64,000 bases of DNA. Origin: Candidatus Sumerlaeota bacterium (lineage in GTDB: Bacteria; Sumerlaeota; Sumerlaeia; SLMS01; JAHLLQ01). The first letter of the stretch is position 1; the number at the start of each line of letters is the position of its first letter. Positions 21,129 to 30,744 of the stretch are shown piece by piece. The position numbers and the translations under genes are program-made. The notes beneath the pieces are model-generated. The model was given only the letters and a program-made list of their open reading frames with translations. It searched no databases and was not told the DNA's origin. The stretch spans positions 104,930 to 168,929 of the forward strand of contig JASGMJ010000005.1 in assembly GCA_030156535.1 (NCBI GenBank), read 5' to 3'.

Positions 21129-22714
21129 CAGGCCCGCCGCCGCCCCGCCACCGGAGGCGGAGCCGCCGTTCCGTCGAAGTTCACCAGCGGCACTTCGAGG
21201 CGCTCGTAGGGGAGGTGCTTCTCCGGCAGCACACGCGCCGCGGCCGCCAGAATCGCCCCGGCCAGCACAAGGCCCGCCAGCGGCAGGTAGCGCCAAATCT
21301 CGCGCGGCACGTCCTCGGGCGGAAAGAACCACTGGCCCGTGTAGAAAACTTTCAGAAACGTGAACTGCGGAATCGCCAGCTTCGTGGCGAAACCGGCCGC
21401 GTCGAGCACCTCGTGCGGATTGCCCTGCGGCAACTGTGGGTCCATCAGCGCCAACGGCACGTTGAGCGCCAACGCAACGACACCTGCGCCAACAAAGGCC
21501 CACCACAGCCACGCGGGGCGGTCGCGGCGACACACTTCCGCCAACCCCATCGGCAGCGCCACCATCATCGGCAGCATCAGCCGCGGGCCCATCGCCCAGC
21601 CACCCCACCACATGTAGTAGCCGCTGTTGAAGACCAGATACGCCACGAAGGCCCACAGCCCCAGCCAGCCCCACAGCCTCCGCCGTCCGGCCGAGCGCGT
21701 TCCGAGTACGCAACCCGCCAGCGCCAGCACGATCCACGGCGACCAGAAGAGCACGCCCCGGTAGGGGTGCAGCGTCAGGAACCACGCGTTTGCGGGCTTC
21801 GGCGTGCGGATTCCCATGAAGCCCTGCTGCATCGCCTCGCGGAACAGCGGCCACGCTTCGTACTCGTAGGGAATACCCACGCGCCCGAAAATCGCATAGG
21901 TGTAGGCGAAGAACAGCACGAGCGGCAGGGCCCCGGCCACGGCTCCGGCGGCCAGCAGCACTCCCCCGCCACGCACCGCCGTGCGCGGTCCCTGCATCTC
22001 CGCAAAGCACCGCATTCCCTTCAGCCCGGTTTGGTCCGCCAGCCGCAGCAGGTACACCACCCCGATGCCGATGACCATCAGCCCGAAGATGAAATCGCAG
22101 ATCATGGCAAAACCGCACAGCAGCCCAATCGCAGCGCTGTTGCGCACGGTCAACCGGTTCGCAGGGGGGTAGAGCAGCACGTACAACGCCCCCAGGCACG
22201 CCGCGATCCCGGGAATGTACGGCATGAAAATCGTCGCGTACCCAAACCACATCGAGCCGAAGAGCGCGGCCATGACGGCGAACAGGGCACGGCGCGGAGG
22301 AGCGCCGCCGCGTACGAGCAGCAGCCACAGCAGCGCCGCCGAAATCGCCCCCGGCAACGAAACGGCCAGCAGGCGCAGCACGTAGACCTTCGCCCAGAAG
22401 GACCACTCGACGTTGAACAACGCCCCGGCCGCCTGCATCGCCGCGTAGGGGGGCACCGCCAGCAGGCTGACGCCAAACACCTTGTCGCTGTAGTAGCGGT
22501 CCTCGAAGACGGCTTTGTCCATCGTGTGCGTAATGGTGCCTTCCTCGTGGTAGCCGTCGATGGAGAAGGAACCCTCGTCGACGATGGCAAAGACCAGCGC
22601 GAGGCGGCTGTTGACGTTCCAGCCCGTACTGCGCTGGTGAATCAGCCCCAAAATCACCAGCGTGGCGGCGAAAACGGCGAGGGCGCCGAGCTTCATCCAG
22701 GGCGGAAGCACCAT
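21128..22714 (-). CDS. Multi-TM membrane protein, GT-C-like
   Basis: 'YYSDK' and 'WWGGWAMGPRLMLP', the latter shared with 332-2293. Confidence 0.65.
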   Translation of the reverse strand: MVLPPWMKLGALAVFAATLVILGLIHQRSTGWNVNSRLALVFAIVDEGSFSIDGYHEEGTITHTMDKAVFEDRYYSDKVFGVSLLAVPPYAAMQAAGALFNVEWSFWAKVYVLRLLAVSLPGAISAALLWLLLVRGGAPPRRALFAVMAALFGSMWFGYATIFMPYIPGIAACLGALYVLLYPPANRLTVRNSAAIGLLCGFAMICDFIFGLMVIGIGVVYLLRLADQTGLKGMRCFAEMQGPRTAVRGGGVLLAAGAVAGALPLVLFFAYTYAIFGRVGIPYEYEAWPLFREAMQQGFMGIRTPKPANAWFLTLHPYRGVLFWSPWIVLALAGCVLGTRSAGRRRLWGWLGLWAFVAYLVFNSGYYMWWGGWAMGPRLMLPMMVALPMGLAEVCRRDRPAWLWWAFVGAGVVALALNVPLALMDPQLPQGNPHEVLDAAGFATKLAIPQFTFLKVFYTGQWFFPPEDVPREIWRYLPLAGLVLAGAILAAAARVLPEKHLPYERLEVPLVNFDGTAAPPPVAGRRRA

Positions 22715-22820
22715 GCGGTTGCGGGGGTCGTTGGCTGGTTCGGGCAAAGGAAGTCCACCTTCAGGTTTCGCCGGTTGTGCCGGGAGGCACGGCGGGCGAC
22801 AAGGCAAAGGAGCGGGAGAA

Positions 22821-22855
22821 GTCTTCAGTTCTCGGTTCTCGGTTTTCCGTCTTGA
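22821..22855. repeat. 7-bp tandem repeat GTCTTCA-GTTCTCG-GTTCTCG-GTTTTCC-GTCTTGA
   Basis: Shares AGTCTTCAGTTCTC with 11186-11199. Confidence 0.6.
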
Positions 22856-22979
22856 TCCCGCCGGGCCGCACGTTGCGCTTACAAAACAGAGATCGAGGGC
22901 TTTGAGAGCCTCCTGCTGAGAAGGATTGCCTTCCCCAAAGGACCGTGCTAACAGGCAGACCTTGATGGAGGGTGGCTTA

Positions 22980-23678
22980 ATGCTTCCAGGGATACTTCAT
23001 TCAGGCTGCGAGCCGATTCCCGTGCTGTTCTTTCTGTGGAGCGGCCCGGCGAATGGTGCGGGATTCCTTGCGGGTTCGCTCGCCGTCTTCGTGCTTGTGA
23101 TTGCGGCGAAATGCGCGATCTTCGGCAGGCTCGGGCCCGAAGGGTTCGGCGTGAATGCCTGGCGGATGCTCCTCGCCAATATCGTATCGACGGTGGCGGG
23201 ACTGTTCGTCGGGGGCTCATTTGCAAGCAGCGCGTTTTCCTTGCTGATGCTCTTGGCCCTGATCGTCCTGGCGTTTCCCGCCGGGCGGATTCTGACTCAG
23301 GGTCTGGCGGGGACGAAGTGGGAGAAGACCAGCGGCGCGAAGTTGGCGGGGATTCTGCTGGTCCTCGCGATCTTCTCCTCCGTGGCGTTCACCGTCTTCC
23401 TGATAAGCATTCATCCCGACCTGCATATCGTTCTGTATTGGACCGTGAAGGTCGCCACTCTCTTCTGCGGACTGGGGACTTCGATCGTCCTGACGTCGAT
23501 CCTGGAGGCTCTGGTCATTGCGAGAATCTCTCCGGTGAATGATCATGGGGAGATTCTCCGCGCCGCCGTTGCAGCGAACCTTTGGACGTTCTTCGGCGTT
23601 TTCCTGATCGGCGCGATCATCGCGTTTCCCGTCCGGATGAAGCGCCCCCGGGATTTCCTGATGCCGCGCTCGTGGTAG
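22980..23678 (+). CDS. Hypothetical membrane protein
   Basis: GGAGG RBS; about 6 hydrophobic segments. Confidence 0.65.
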   Translation: MLPGILHSGCEPIPVLFFLWSGPANGAGFLAGSLAVFVLVIAAKCAIFGRLGPEGFGVNAWRMLLANIVSTVAGLFVGGSFASSAFSLLMLLALIVLAFPAGRILTQGLAGTKWEKTSGAKLAGILLVLAIFSSVAFTVFLISIHPDLHIVLYWTVKVATLFCGLGTSIVLTSILEALVIARISPVNDHGEILRAAVAANLWTFFGVFLIGAIIAFPVRMKRPRDFLMPRSW

Positions 23679-23784
23679 GCACGGGCGCGTTTCGCTTGCC
23701 GCGTCTTGCGCGCCCGCTTAGTTCCGGAGGTCTCCAGCCGACGCGCGAAATGGCAAGCAGGGCGGAAGAGGCAGTCCGGACTTC

Positions 23785-24651
23785 ATGACACTCCCGAACT
23801 TCATCATCGGCGGCGCCCCCAAAACGGGCACGACGTCGATCTATCATTACCTGCGCCAGCACCCCGACATCTATATGCCGGCCGACCGCAAGGAGCCGCA
23901 CTACTTCACGCACGCCTGCCACGAACCCGTGTCGTGGTACGAGGCGTTCTTCGAGGCCGCGCGCGGCGAGAAAGCCATCGGCGAGGCCAGCACCTGGTAC
24001 ATGAGCGACAACGAAGCACCCGGGCGCATCGCCGCGCTGCTCCCTGATGTCCGGATGATCTTCCTGCTTCGTCAGCCTGCCGAGCGCGCCTACTCGCACT
24101 ACTGGTACCGCGTCGCGCGCAGCACCCACGTCGCCGCCACGTCCTTCTCCGACGCCATCCGCAGCAACGACTTCGACGCCAAGGCCTACGTGGGCAGCAG
24201 CCTGTACGCCGACCACCTGAAGCGATGGGTGGAAGTCTTCGGCCGCGAGCGCGTACTCGTGCTCCTGCAGGACGATCTGAACGCCGACACGCAGGGGGTT
24301 CTCCGCCGCATCTACGAATACCTGGACGTCGATCCGTCCTTTCAGGCCGACACCCAGCGGCGCCACAACGTGACGTACTACCCGAAGAACATGCACCTGT
24401 TCCGCGCCGTGATCGGGCTGTACGAACCCGTCGAGCGCCTGATGGAGCGCGGACCGCTGCGCCGCGCCTGGTCGAGCACGCGCCGCCTCCGCCAGATCGG
24501 CCGCGATATGCTCTACACGCGAGACCGCAAGCGCCCCCCCGAGCCCATGTCCGAATCCGACCGCGCCTACCTGCGCGAACTCTTCCTCCCCCAGATCGAA
24601 TGGGTGGAGGAGTTCCTGCAGCGCGACTTGACGGCGTGGAAGGAATACTGA
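23785..24651 (+). CDS. PAPS-dependent sulfotransferase
   Basis: 'PNFIIGGAPKTGTTS', 'KEPHYF', 'GEAS', 'LRQPAERAYS'. Confidence 0.93.
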   Translation: MTLPNFIIGGAPKTGTTSIYHYLRQHPDIYMPADRKEPHYFTHACHEPVSWYEAFFEAARGEKAIGEASTWYMSDNEAPGRIAALLPDVRMIFLLRQPAERAYSHYWYRVARSTHVAATSFSDAIRSNDFDAKAYVGSSLYADHLKRWVEVFGRERVLVLLQDDLNADTQGVLRRIYEYLDVDPSFQADTQRRHNVTYYPKNMHLFRAVIGLYEPVERLMERGPLRRAWSSTRRLRQIGRDMLYTRDRKRPPEPMSESDRAYLRELFLPQIEWVEEFLQRDLTAWKEY

Positions 24652-24753
24652 CCCGGAAACCGCGTGGGTCGTTCCGGCCTTCGCACGAGCGACGGCACTC
24701 CCACGACAAGTTCCCGTTCCCGATACCCGGAGTGTCTCGGAACTTCGGAAACC

Positions 24754-24788
24754 GAACCGCGAACCACGCGCCACGAATCACGCGCCCC
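24754..24788. repeat. Degenerate 7-bp tandem repeat (GAACCAC-like)
   Basis: GAACCGC GAACCAC GCGCCAC GAATCAC GCGCCCC. Confidence 0.55.
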
Positions 24789-24857
24789 CTCCCCTTTTGC
24801 CCTTGCGAAAGGCCCACTCCCCGCCAGTCTTGAGGCAGCACTCATTCGGGACGCGCC

Positions 24858-26072
24858 ATGATCGAACTCGACAAGGAGATGATCGCCTCGACGGCCGATT
24901 CGGCCGTTGACGATCCGCGTGCCCTCAACGAGGTCCTCGCGCTTCTCGACTCCACCTGGCTCGATCCCGAGGTCCACGCCCGTCCGACGCACTACAACAT
25001 CGCAACGTCGGTGGTGTGTAACATCAAGTGCGTCTTCTGTCCCCGCCAGACGTTCGGCCCCGAGATTGATTCCGGGTTCCTGAAGCCCGAGTTCTACGAG
25101 CCCGTCGTTCCGCATTTCGAAGCGGCGCTGCGCACGGGGCTGTTCGGACTCGGCGAGCCGTTTCTGAACAAGAAGTTCTTCGACTTCGCCGCCGACGCCA
25201 GCGCGCGCGGCACGTACACGATGACCTCCAGCCACGGGATGTCGCTCACCCCGGCGGTGATCGACAAGGTGATCGACTGCGGGCTGAACGAGTTGTGCGT
25301 CTCCTTTGACGGCGCGACGCGGCGGACGACGAACTTCCTGCGCAACGCGGCGGACTTCGACACGATCGTCGCGAACGTGACGGCGCTGCTGGCGCGCCGG
25401 CGCGAACTGGGCCGCAAGTATCCCCGCGTCCACATCAGCTTCACCGTCTCGAAGTACAACGTGTGGGAGATGACGAAAATCGTCCGGCTGGTGAAGCGCA
25501 TGGGCGCCGATCAGCTGGCGTTTTCCAACCTCGTGCTCGACCACCCCGAGCACGCCCACGTTTCCGCCGTCGGCACCAAGGTGTTCGACTTCAACCTGAA
25601 GCGCGCCCTGCGTCTGGCCGAGCAACTGGGCGTGAAGGCGAGCTACTTCCCCCAGATTCCCTTCCCGTTCCAGGAACAGCCGCAGCCTGCCATCGAGCCC
25701 ACCCAGCGCTGGGGATGCCCCGAAGCGTGGCGCGCCCTGATCGTCGAGAAGGACGGCACGCTCAAGCCGTGCTGCTACCTGAAGAACACGTTCGGCAACG
25801 TGCGCGACGGCGAGCTGCCGGAGTTGCTGAACGCGCCCAAGGCCGTCAATTTCCGCAAGCTGTTCACCGAGCGCCGCTACCTGAACACGTGCCGCGGCTG
25901 CGGGCAGTTCTACCGCATTTCCGACGAGGAGACGCTCGGGATTCTGGACACGGTGCAGCAGCGCATCGAAGCCGGAAACTTCAGCGCCGCAGGGCGGATT
26001 CTGCTGGAAGAGAAGCTCGCGTACTTTCGTGCGCTGTTCGAACAGTCGAAGGCCGAACGCAACGTCAGCTAA
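24858..26072 (+). CDS. Radical SAM/SPASM domain protein
   Basis: CNIKCVFC, 'GEPFL', CPEAW...PCC...CRGC. Confidence 0.9.
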   Translation: MIELDKEMIASTADSAVDDPRALNEVLALLDSTWLDPEVHARPTHYNIATSVVCNIKCVFCPRQTFGPEIDSGFLKPEFYEPVVPHFEAALRTGLFGLGEPFLNKKFFDFAADASARGTYTMTSSHGMSLTPAVIDKVIDCGLNELCVSFDGATRRTTNFLRNAADFDTIVANVTALLARRRELGRKYPRVHISFTVSKYNVWEMTKIVRLVKRMGADQLAFSNLVLDHPEHAHVSAVGTKVFDFNLKRALRLAEQLGVKASYFPQIPFPFQEQPQPAIEPTQRWGCPEAWRALIVEKDGTLKPCCYLKNTFGNVRDGELPELLNAPKAVNFRKLFTERRYLNTCRGCGQFYRISDEETLGILDTVQQRIEAGNFSAAGRILLEEKLAYFRALFEQSKAERNVS

Positions 26073-26145
26073 GGACAAGGGAACGTGGCGGTGTCCCGTC
26101 CCGTCATGGATCGAGACCCGCACGGCCTTTCCGAATCAACGACTC

Positions 26146-27018
26146 TCACCGCACTGCGTTGAACAAAAGTTCCGCCTGCTCGGGGATTGCGGGGCCGGGA
26201 ATCGTGACGTGGGGATCGTCGAGCATCACGACGCGCGTCCTCCCTTTTGCGGCGGGGCCGAGGTACTCCAGCCACAACGTGCGCAGATGCGCGCGCTCCT
26301 CGTCCGTCCACGGTTCGCCGGTAGGCTTGTGTTCGATCACGACATCCGGGGGCTGGCGCATGAGAGCCTCGCGCGAGACGACGGGATAGCGAATCGCCGC
26401 TCCGGCCATGGCGTTGCGCGCGCCCACGAGGGCGAGCAGCTCGTCGAGGAACGTGTTCGGGCCCGCCGCGTAGACTTCGCGCAAAACACCGGGGGGATGT
26501 CCGACGACAAAGAGCACGGTGATGGGGTCGCTCGCCGCGGCCCGCTGGCGAACAGCAGCAAGACGCGCGTCGAAGTCCTTCACGAGTTCCTTCGCACGCG
26601 CGCCGCGGCCGATGCGTTCGCCCATCGAGAGAATCCCGGCACGCACGTCGGCGATTGTCTCGGCCTGCACGTTGATCGTCTCGATTCCGCGTTTGTCGAG
26701 TTCGTGCAGAACATCCGTTGTCGAAGCGAAGTAGAATACAAGGTTGGGGCGCAGCGCGAGAACCTGCTCCAGGCGAAGATCGTGCAGCCCGCCAACACGC
26801 GGCTTGGTGCGGGCCTCGGCGGGGTACTGGCAGAAGTCTGTGACGCCGACGAGTTGATCTTCGGCGCCGAGAGCATAGAGCGTTTCCGTCAGGCTCGGCG
26901 CGAGCGACAGAATGCGCAGCGACGCCGTCGTCGGCTGGTCGTTCGCGTTGGCCAGTGAACAGACCAGCGTGATGGCAACGGCGAACAGCGTTCGCAGGAA
27001 AGCGCGAAGACGGATCAC
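26146..27018 (-). CDS. btuF: Helical-backbone ABC substrate-binding protein, cobalamin-binding BtuF-like
   Basis: 'RILSLAPSLTETLYALGAEDQLVGVTDFCQYP', 'PGP'; GTG start overlaps the pilin stop; lies downstream of a B12 riboswitch. Confidence 0.85.
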   Translation of the reverse strand: MIRLRAFLRTLFAVAITLVCSLANANDQPTTASLRILSLAPSLTETLYALGAEDQLVGVTDFCQYPAEARTKPRVGGLHDLRLEQVLALRPNLVFYFASTTDVLHELDKRGIETINVQAETIADVRAGILSMGERIGRGARAKELVKDFDARLAAVRQRAAASDPITVLFVVGHPPGVLREVYAAGPNTFLDELLALVGARNAMAGAAIRYPVVSREALMRQPPDVVIEHKPTGEPWTDEERAHLRTLWLEYLGPAAKGRTRVVMLDDPHVTIPGPAIPEQAELLFNAVR

Positions 27019-27698
27019 TTCGCCACTGCCCCGGGCTCCATGTCTGTTCCGCCCACAACGGTGCGCACGGAAAAGTCGGAGTACATCGCATGTTCGAGAC
27101 GGCCCTCGTCTTCGCCTTCGCCCCACGGGTATCCATAGTCCGCCGGGTAGGCCGGATACGACGACGCATACCATCCCATCTCGGGCGGCAGGAACAGATT
27201 GCGCAGAATCCACACGTCGCCGTTTTCAATGTTTCCCATGCCGCCCGCATGCCCGCCCGAGGAGAGCGCGGAACTGTTGTAGGCGTAGCGGAAATTGTGG
27301 AAGCGCGGATAATCGTTCTTAATCGTCTTCCCGCCCTGGTAGAGCTTGAGGTACTTCGGCGTGAAGAGCGTGTGCCAGTCGGAGATGTACTTGTAGTCAA
27401 CGAGCACCCAGGGCACGCCGTCCCATGATCCGCCGGCGGCGGGGCCGTTGCCCACAGGCGAGCCGAGGCCCGTGTGCGAGGAGAACGGCCCGGCTTCGCG
27501 GTCGGCGGGCGGCAGGTGCCCCCAGTCCGTCAGGTACATTTGGAGGGCCGATCCGACGACCTTCATGTTCGCCGCGTCGGCGGCCTTGCGCGAGCGTTCG
27601 ATCGCCAGACGCATGTTCACCATTCCGATGGCCGCCAGGATGGCGATGATGGCCACGACGATCAGCAACTCGATCAGGGTGAAGGCATTCTTTCTCAT
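27015..27698 (-). CDS. Type IV prepilin-like protein in the B12 operon
   Basis: MRKNA|FTLIELLIVVAIIAILAAIG; ATG overlaps the upstream TGA. Confidence 0.9.
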   Translation of the reverse strand: MRKNAFTLIELLIVVAIIAILAAIGMVNMRLAIERSRKAADAANMKVVGSALQMYLTDWGHLPPADREAGPFSSHTGLGSPVGNGPAAGGSWDGVPWVLVDYKYISDWHTLFTPKYLKLYQGGKTIKNDYPRFHNFRYAYNSSALSSGGHAGGMGNIENGDVWILRNLFLPPEMGWYASSYPAYPADYGYPWGEGEDEGRLEHAMYSDFSVRTVVGGTDMEPGAVAK

Positions 27699-29038
27699 CA
27701 CTCGTACCTCTGCCAGTGGCGGGCTGCGGCGGGTTCATACGCGCGCACAAACCAGAGCGCGCCCGTCACGGAATCGACCTGTTCCTCGTAGATGACGGTC
27801 GGTTCGCCGGCTGCGTTGAGCACGAGCTCGGGGCGGAAGTACGCGCCCGCGTGATCGCTCAGCGCCAACTCTTCCTCACGCGTCCACGTTCCGGCGGCGA
27901 AGCGTGCGTAGTAGACTTGGGCACTCGCTGCGCCGTCGCGGTAGTCCACCCACACGGCGTGCAGATTTCCGTCGGCGTCAACTTCGAGATCACCGCTCTC
28001 CTCCGCGTAGGCGGGATTCGCGGCGATGTCGATGGCGGCCTCGAACGTGGACGTTCCAGCGGGGCGCCGAATCGCGCGCACGTCGGAGGCGGCCCCCACG
28101 CGGTCGGTGGCGACAACCCACACGTCGCCGTTGGGCGCGGCGGTGATCTTCGAGGCGAAGTCGTGCCCGCCCGTGGCCGTGCGGATCGTCTGCACCGTAA
28201 CGGGTGCCGAGGGATTCGGAAGCGCGGCGAAGTACGTCGGCGCGGCCCCGCCAAAGCCCGACGTCCACACGCCGTACAACGTGCCGTCCGCGGCGCGGAC
28301 GATGTCGGGCGTGGAGTACGCGAAGAGCGCTCCCTGCGCGGCGGCGTCCGTCAGGCGCAGCGTATCGAGCGCCTCGGCTGCGTTGAATACGCCGCTGGCG
28401 TCCGAGTGCTTCGCGTAGATGTCGGCGTTGCTGCCGCTGCCGCGTGCGAAGTCGTACCACACGATGCTCACGCGCCCCTGGCTGTCGATCGCCACGCGTG
28501 GCGTGTAGCCGTTGTCGCCCGTCAGCAGCGCGTTGTTCGTTTCCGTGATGCGGATGTCGGCGGTGGAGAAGTTGCCCCCGGCGGGTTTGCGGTCCGCGTA
28601 AATTTCGATGTTGTCGATGGAGTTGCCTGCGGTGCTCGTGTGGCGGTAGTCGTGCCAGACGACCCAGACGTCGTCGTTGGGTGCGATGGCAAGCGAGGGA
28701 TGGCGTCCGCCGATGTGCACGGGGCCGCTGCCCTGATCGGCTGTGGAGTCGTCGATGGCGGTTTGCGCCGACCATCCTGACGCCTCGGTCCATTCGCGGT
28801 GGTAGACATGGGAAGGTTCGGCGGCCGACGTGGCGAAGGCGCCGGACCAGTAAACGAGATGCAGGGCACCGGTGCTGTCGAAAGCCGCCGTGTGATTGGG
28901 GTTCTTGCTCATCTCGTACTTGGCGGCGCCATCGGTCAGGAGTTCGGGCGCCGTGAAGAGCGTCTGGGCGCCCACGGTGGCGGGCGCGAGCGCCGCGATT
29001 GCGAGTGCGGAAAACTTGTTCATCAACGCATTGTTCAT
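27698..29038 (-). CDS. Secreted repeat (probable beta-propeller) protein with C-terminal HWQRYE tail
   Basis: Signal peptide (...ATVGA|Q); recurring 'P..aiD..G.v.vvW.D' repeats. Start at 29038 or 29023. Confidence 0.8.
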   Translation of the reverse strand: MNNALMNKFSALAIAALAPATVGAQTLFTAPELLTDGAAKYEMSKNPNHTAAFDSTGALHLVYWSGAFATSAAEPSHVYHREWTEASGWSAQTAIDDSTADQGSGPVHIGGRHPSLAIAPNDDVWVVWHDYRHTSTAGNSIDNIEIYADRKPAGGNFSTADIRITETNNALLTGDNGYTPRVAIDSQGRVSIVWYDFARGSGSNADIYAKHSDASGVFNAAEALDTLRLTDAAAQGALFAYSTPDIVRAADGTLYGVWTSGFGGAAPTYFAALPNPSAPVTVQTIRTATGGHDFASKITAAPNGDVWVVATDRVGAASDVRAIRRPAGTSTFEAAIDIAANPAYAEESGDLEVDADGNLHAVWVDYRDGAASAQVYYARFAAGTWTREEELALSDHAGAYFRPELVLNAAGEPTVIYEEQVDSVTGALWFVRAYEPAAARHWQRYE

Positions 29039-29064
29039 CAACGCAGCCAATCCCTTCGGGAAGA

Positions 29065-29096
29065 TCCCGGCGCTCCGATGGTGGGGAGCGCCGGGA
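29065..29096. other. Perfect 12-bp intra-operon hairpin
   Basis: TCCCGGCGCTCC...GGAGCGCCGGGA, with no U-tract. Confidence 0.7.
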
Positions 29097-29110
29097 GGTC
29101 GAGGGTTGTG

Positions 29111-30454
29111 TTACTCAAGAACGAGCCAGTCGGCGACGCCTGCGGAGGCCGGCACGGCAAGTGCCGTGAGGTTGCCGCCCGCGCGGAACGTGAAGACCGA
29201 TCCGTCGTCGTCGATGCTGACGGTGCCCGTGTAGTTTTCGGCGGCCGCGGAGCTGCTGGCCACCGCACCGTTCACGGGATCCAGCCGGAGCAGGAACGTG
29301 TTCGCCGCCGACCCGAAGCCGTTGTCTGTCGCGCAATACAGCGCGTCGTTCACGGCGACGACGTAGTTGCGGAAGATGTACTGCCCGCCGCCAAAGAGAT
29401 CGGCGGAGAACGTCTGCGCTCCCGTTGCCGGATTGTAGCCGCGAAGGTCCGCGTCACCGTAGGAACCGCCGATGCCGTAGAGCGTCCCGCCGGCGAGAAG
29501 CGGCGGCGAGTCCGTGCCGATGGCCGGGTAGAGCGACGCCGCGCCCGTTGCCGCGTCCACGACAACGAGGTCGCCCGTGGCACTGAAATCGTAGCTGAAG
29601 GCATAGACGGTGCCGCCATCGAGCACGAGATCGCCGTAGAACTGGCGCCCCCCCGTGTTCCACGGTGAAGCCACCGTCGCGTGGTTCCAGACCTCCACTC
29701 CCGTCGCCGCGTCATACGCAACGAGGCCGCCGTTGCCCGAGCCGTCCTGCGCGTCGGTGATGACGAGTTGCGTTGCTCCAAGATCGGCGAACAACGGACT
29801 CATCTGCCCCGGTCCGCCGGGAGCGGCGAACCACTCGACGCTGCCCGTTGCCTGGTCCAGCGCGACGATCTGGCTGTCTCGCGTCGAGCCGAACCCCTTG
29901 TACGTCTTGATGAACACGTTGCCCGCGCCGAGCGAAGCCGAACTGTTGATGATGTCGTACTCGCCGTTGGCATCGGTGTTCGTGGCAGTGAGGGGCGTTG
30001 ACCAGACGGCCGTGTTGGCGGGCACCGTTTCGTCGAGATCGAACTTTGCGACCTGTGTTCCGCAGCCGTAGTAGAGTGCGCGTCCGGCCGGATCGATGAC
30101 GGGCGCCGCAACCGAGCCGTAGCTGATCGAGTTGCCCGCAGGGAGATCGGCGCTCGTCCACGCGGACGAGCCGTCCGCCTTGTTGAACCCTTGGATGCGG
30201 ACGGCCGTGTCGAACTCGACGGCGTAGACAACGCCATCGAAAACCAGGGGCTGAGCCCCGGCATTGAGGTTGCCCGTGCCCGTCGACCACGACGGAACGG
30301 CGGTGGCAAGATCGGTGAGCTGTGCGTTCACCGCGACGGCGGCGTTGTTCGTGCCGTCGCGATGCGCGCCGAGCCAGTCGGCCTGGGCTCCGGCCGCGAG
30401 ACCGGAAACGAGAAGACCGAAGGCGAAAGTGCGTAATGCGTGAATTCGTGGCAT
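29111..30454 (-). CDS. Secreted PQQ-like (BamB-like) beta-propeller protein with C-terminal DWLVLE tail
   Basis: Signal peptide (...AGAQA|DW); repeated 'A.DxxTG.v.W' motifs. Confidence 0.85.
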   Translation of the reverse strand: MPRIHALRTFAFGLLVSGLAAGAQADWLGAHRDGTNNAAVAVNAQLTDLATAVPSWSTGTGNLNAGAQPLVFDGVVYAVEFDTAVRIQGFNKADGSSAWTSADLPAGNSISYGSVAAPVIDPAGRALYYGCGTQVAKFDLDETVPANTAVWSTPLTATNTDANGEYDIINSSASLGAGNVFIKTYKGFGSTRDSQIVALDQATGSVEWFAAPGGPGQMSPLFADLGATQLVITDAQDGSGNGGLVAYDAATGVEVWNHATVASPWNTGGRQFYGDLVLDGGTVYAFSYDFSATGDLVVVDAATGAASLYPAIGTDSPPLLAGGTLYGIGGSYGDADLRGYNPATGAQTFSADLFGGGQYIFRNYVVAVNDALYCATDNGFGSAANTFLLRLDPVNGAVASSSAAAENYTGTVSIDDDGSVFTFRAGGNLTALAVPASAGVADWLVLE

Positions 30455-30744
30455 GATGCCATCCCCTAGAAGAATGAGTGCGTCCGTCCCGGCCTGCCGG
30501 GAGGCGGACCCGTCCGCGCTGGGGCGGACGGCGTACACTGACTCACTCCTTTGATGGGGAGAAGAACCGGACCGTGCGGCTGGCGCCATTTCATGAACCG
30601 CCGGATGACAGTTCGACTCCCGCTCCCGCGAGCGAGCACGGAACCTGGGGCGGAGAAAGGCGCGGCGTCGGCCGCACAGGGATGGCGTTTGAGGGGGAAC
30701 TTGGGATTCTTTGGGCGGAACCCGGGTACCCATCGCACGACCCT

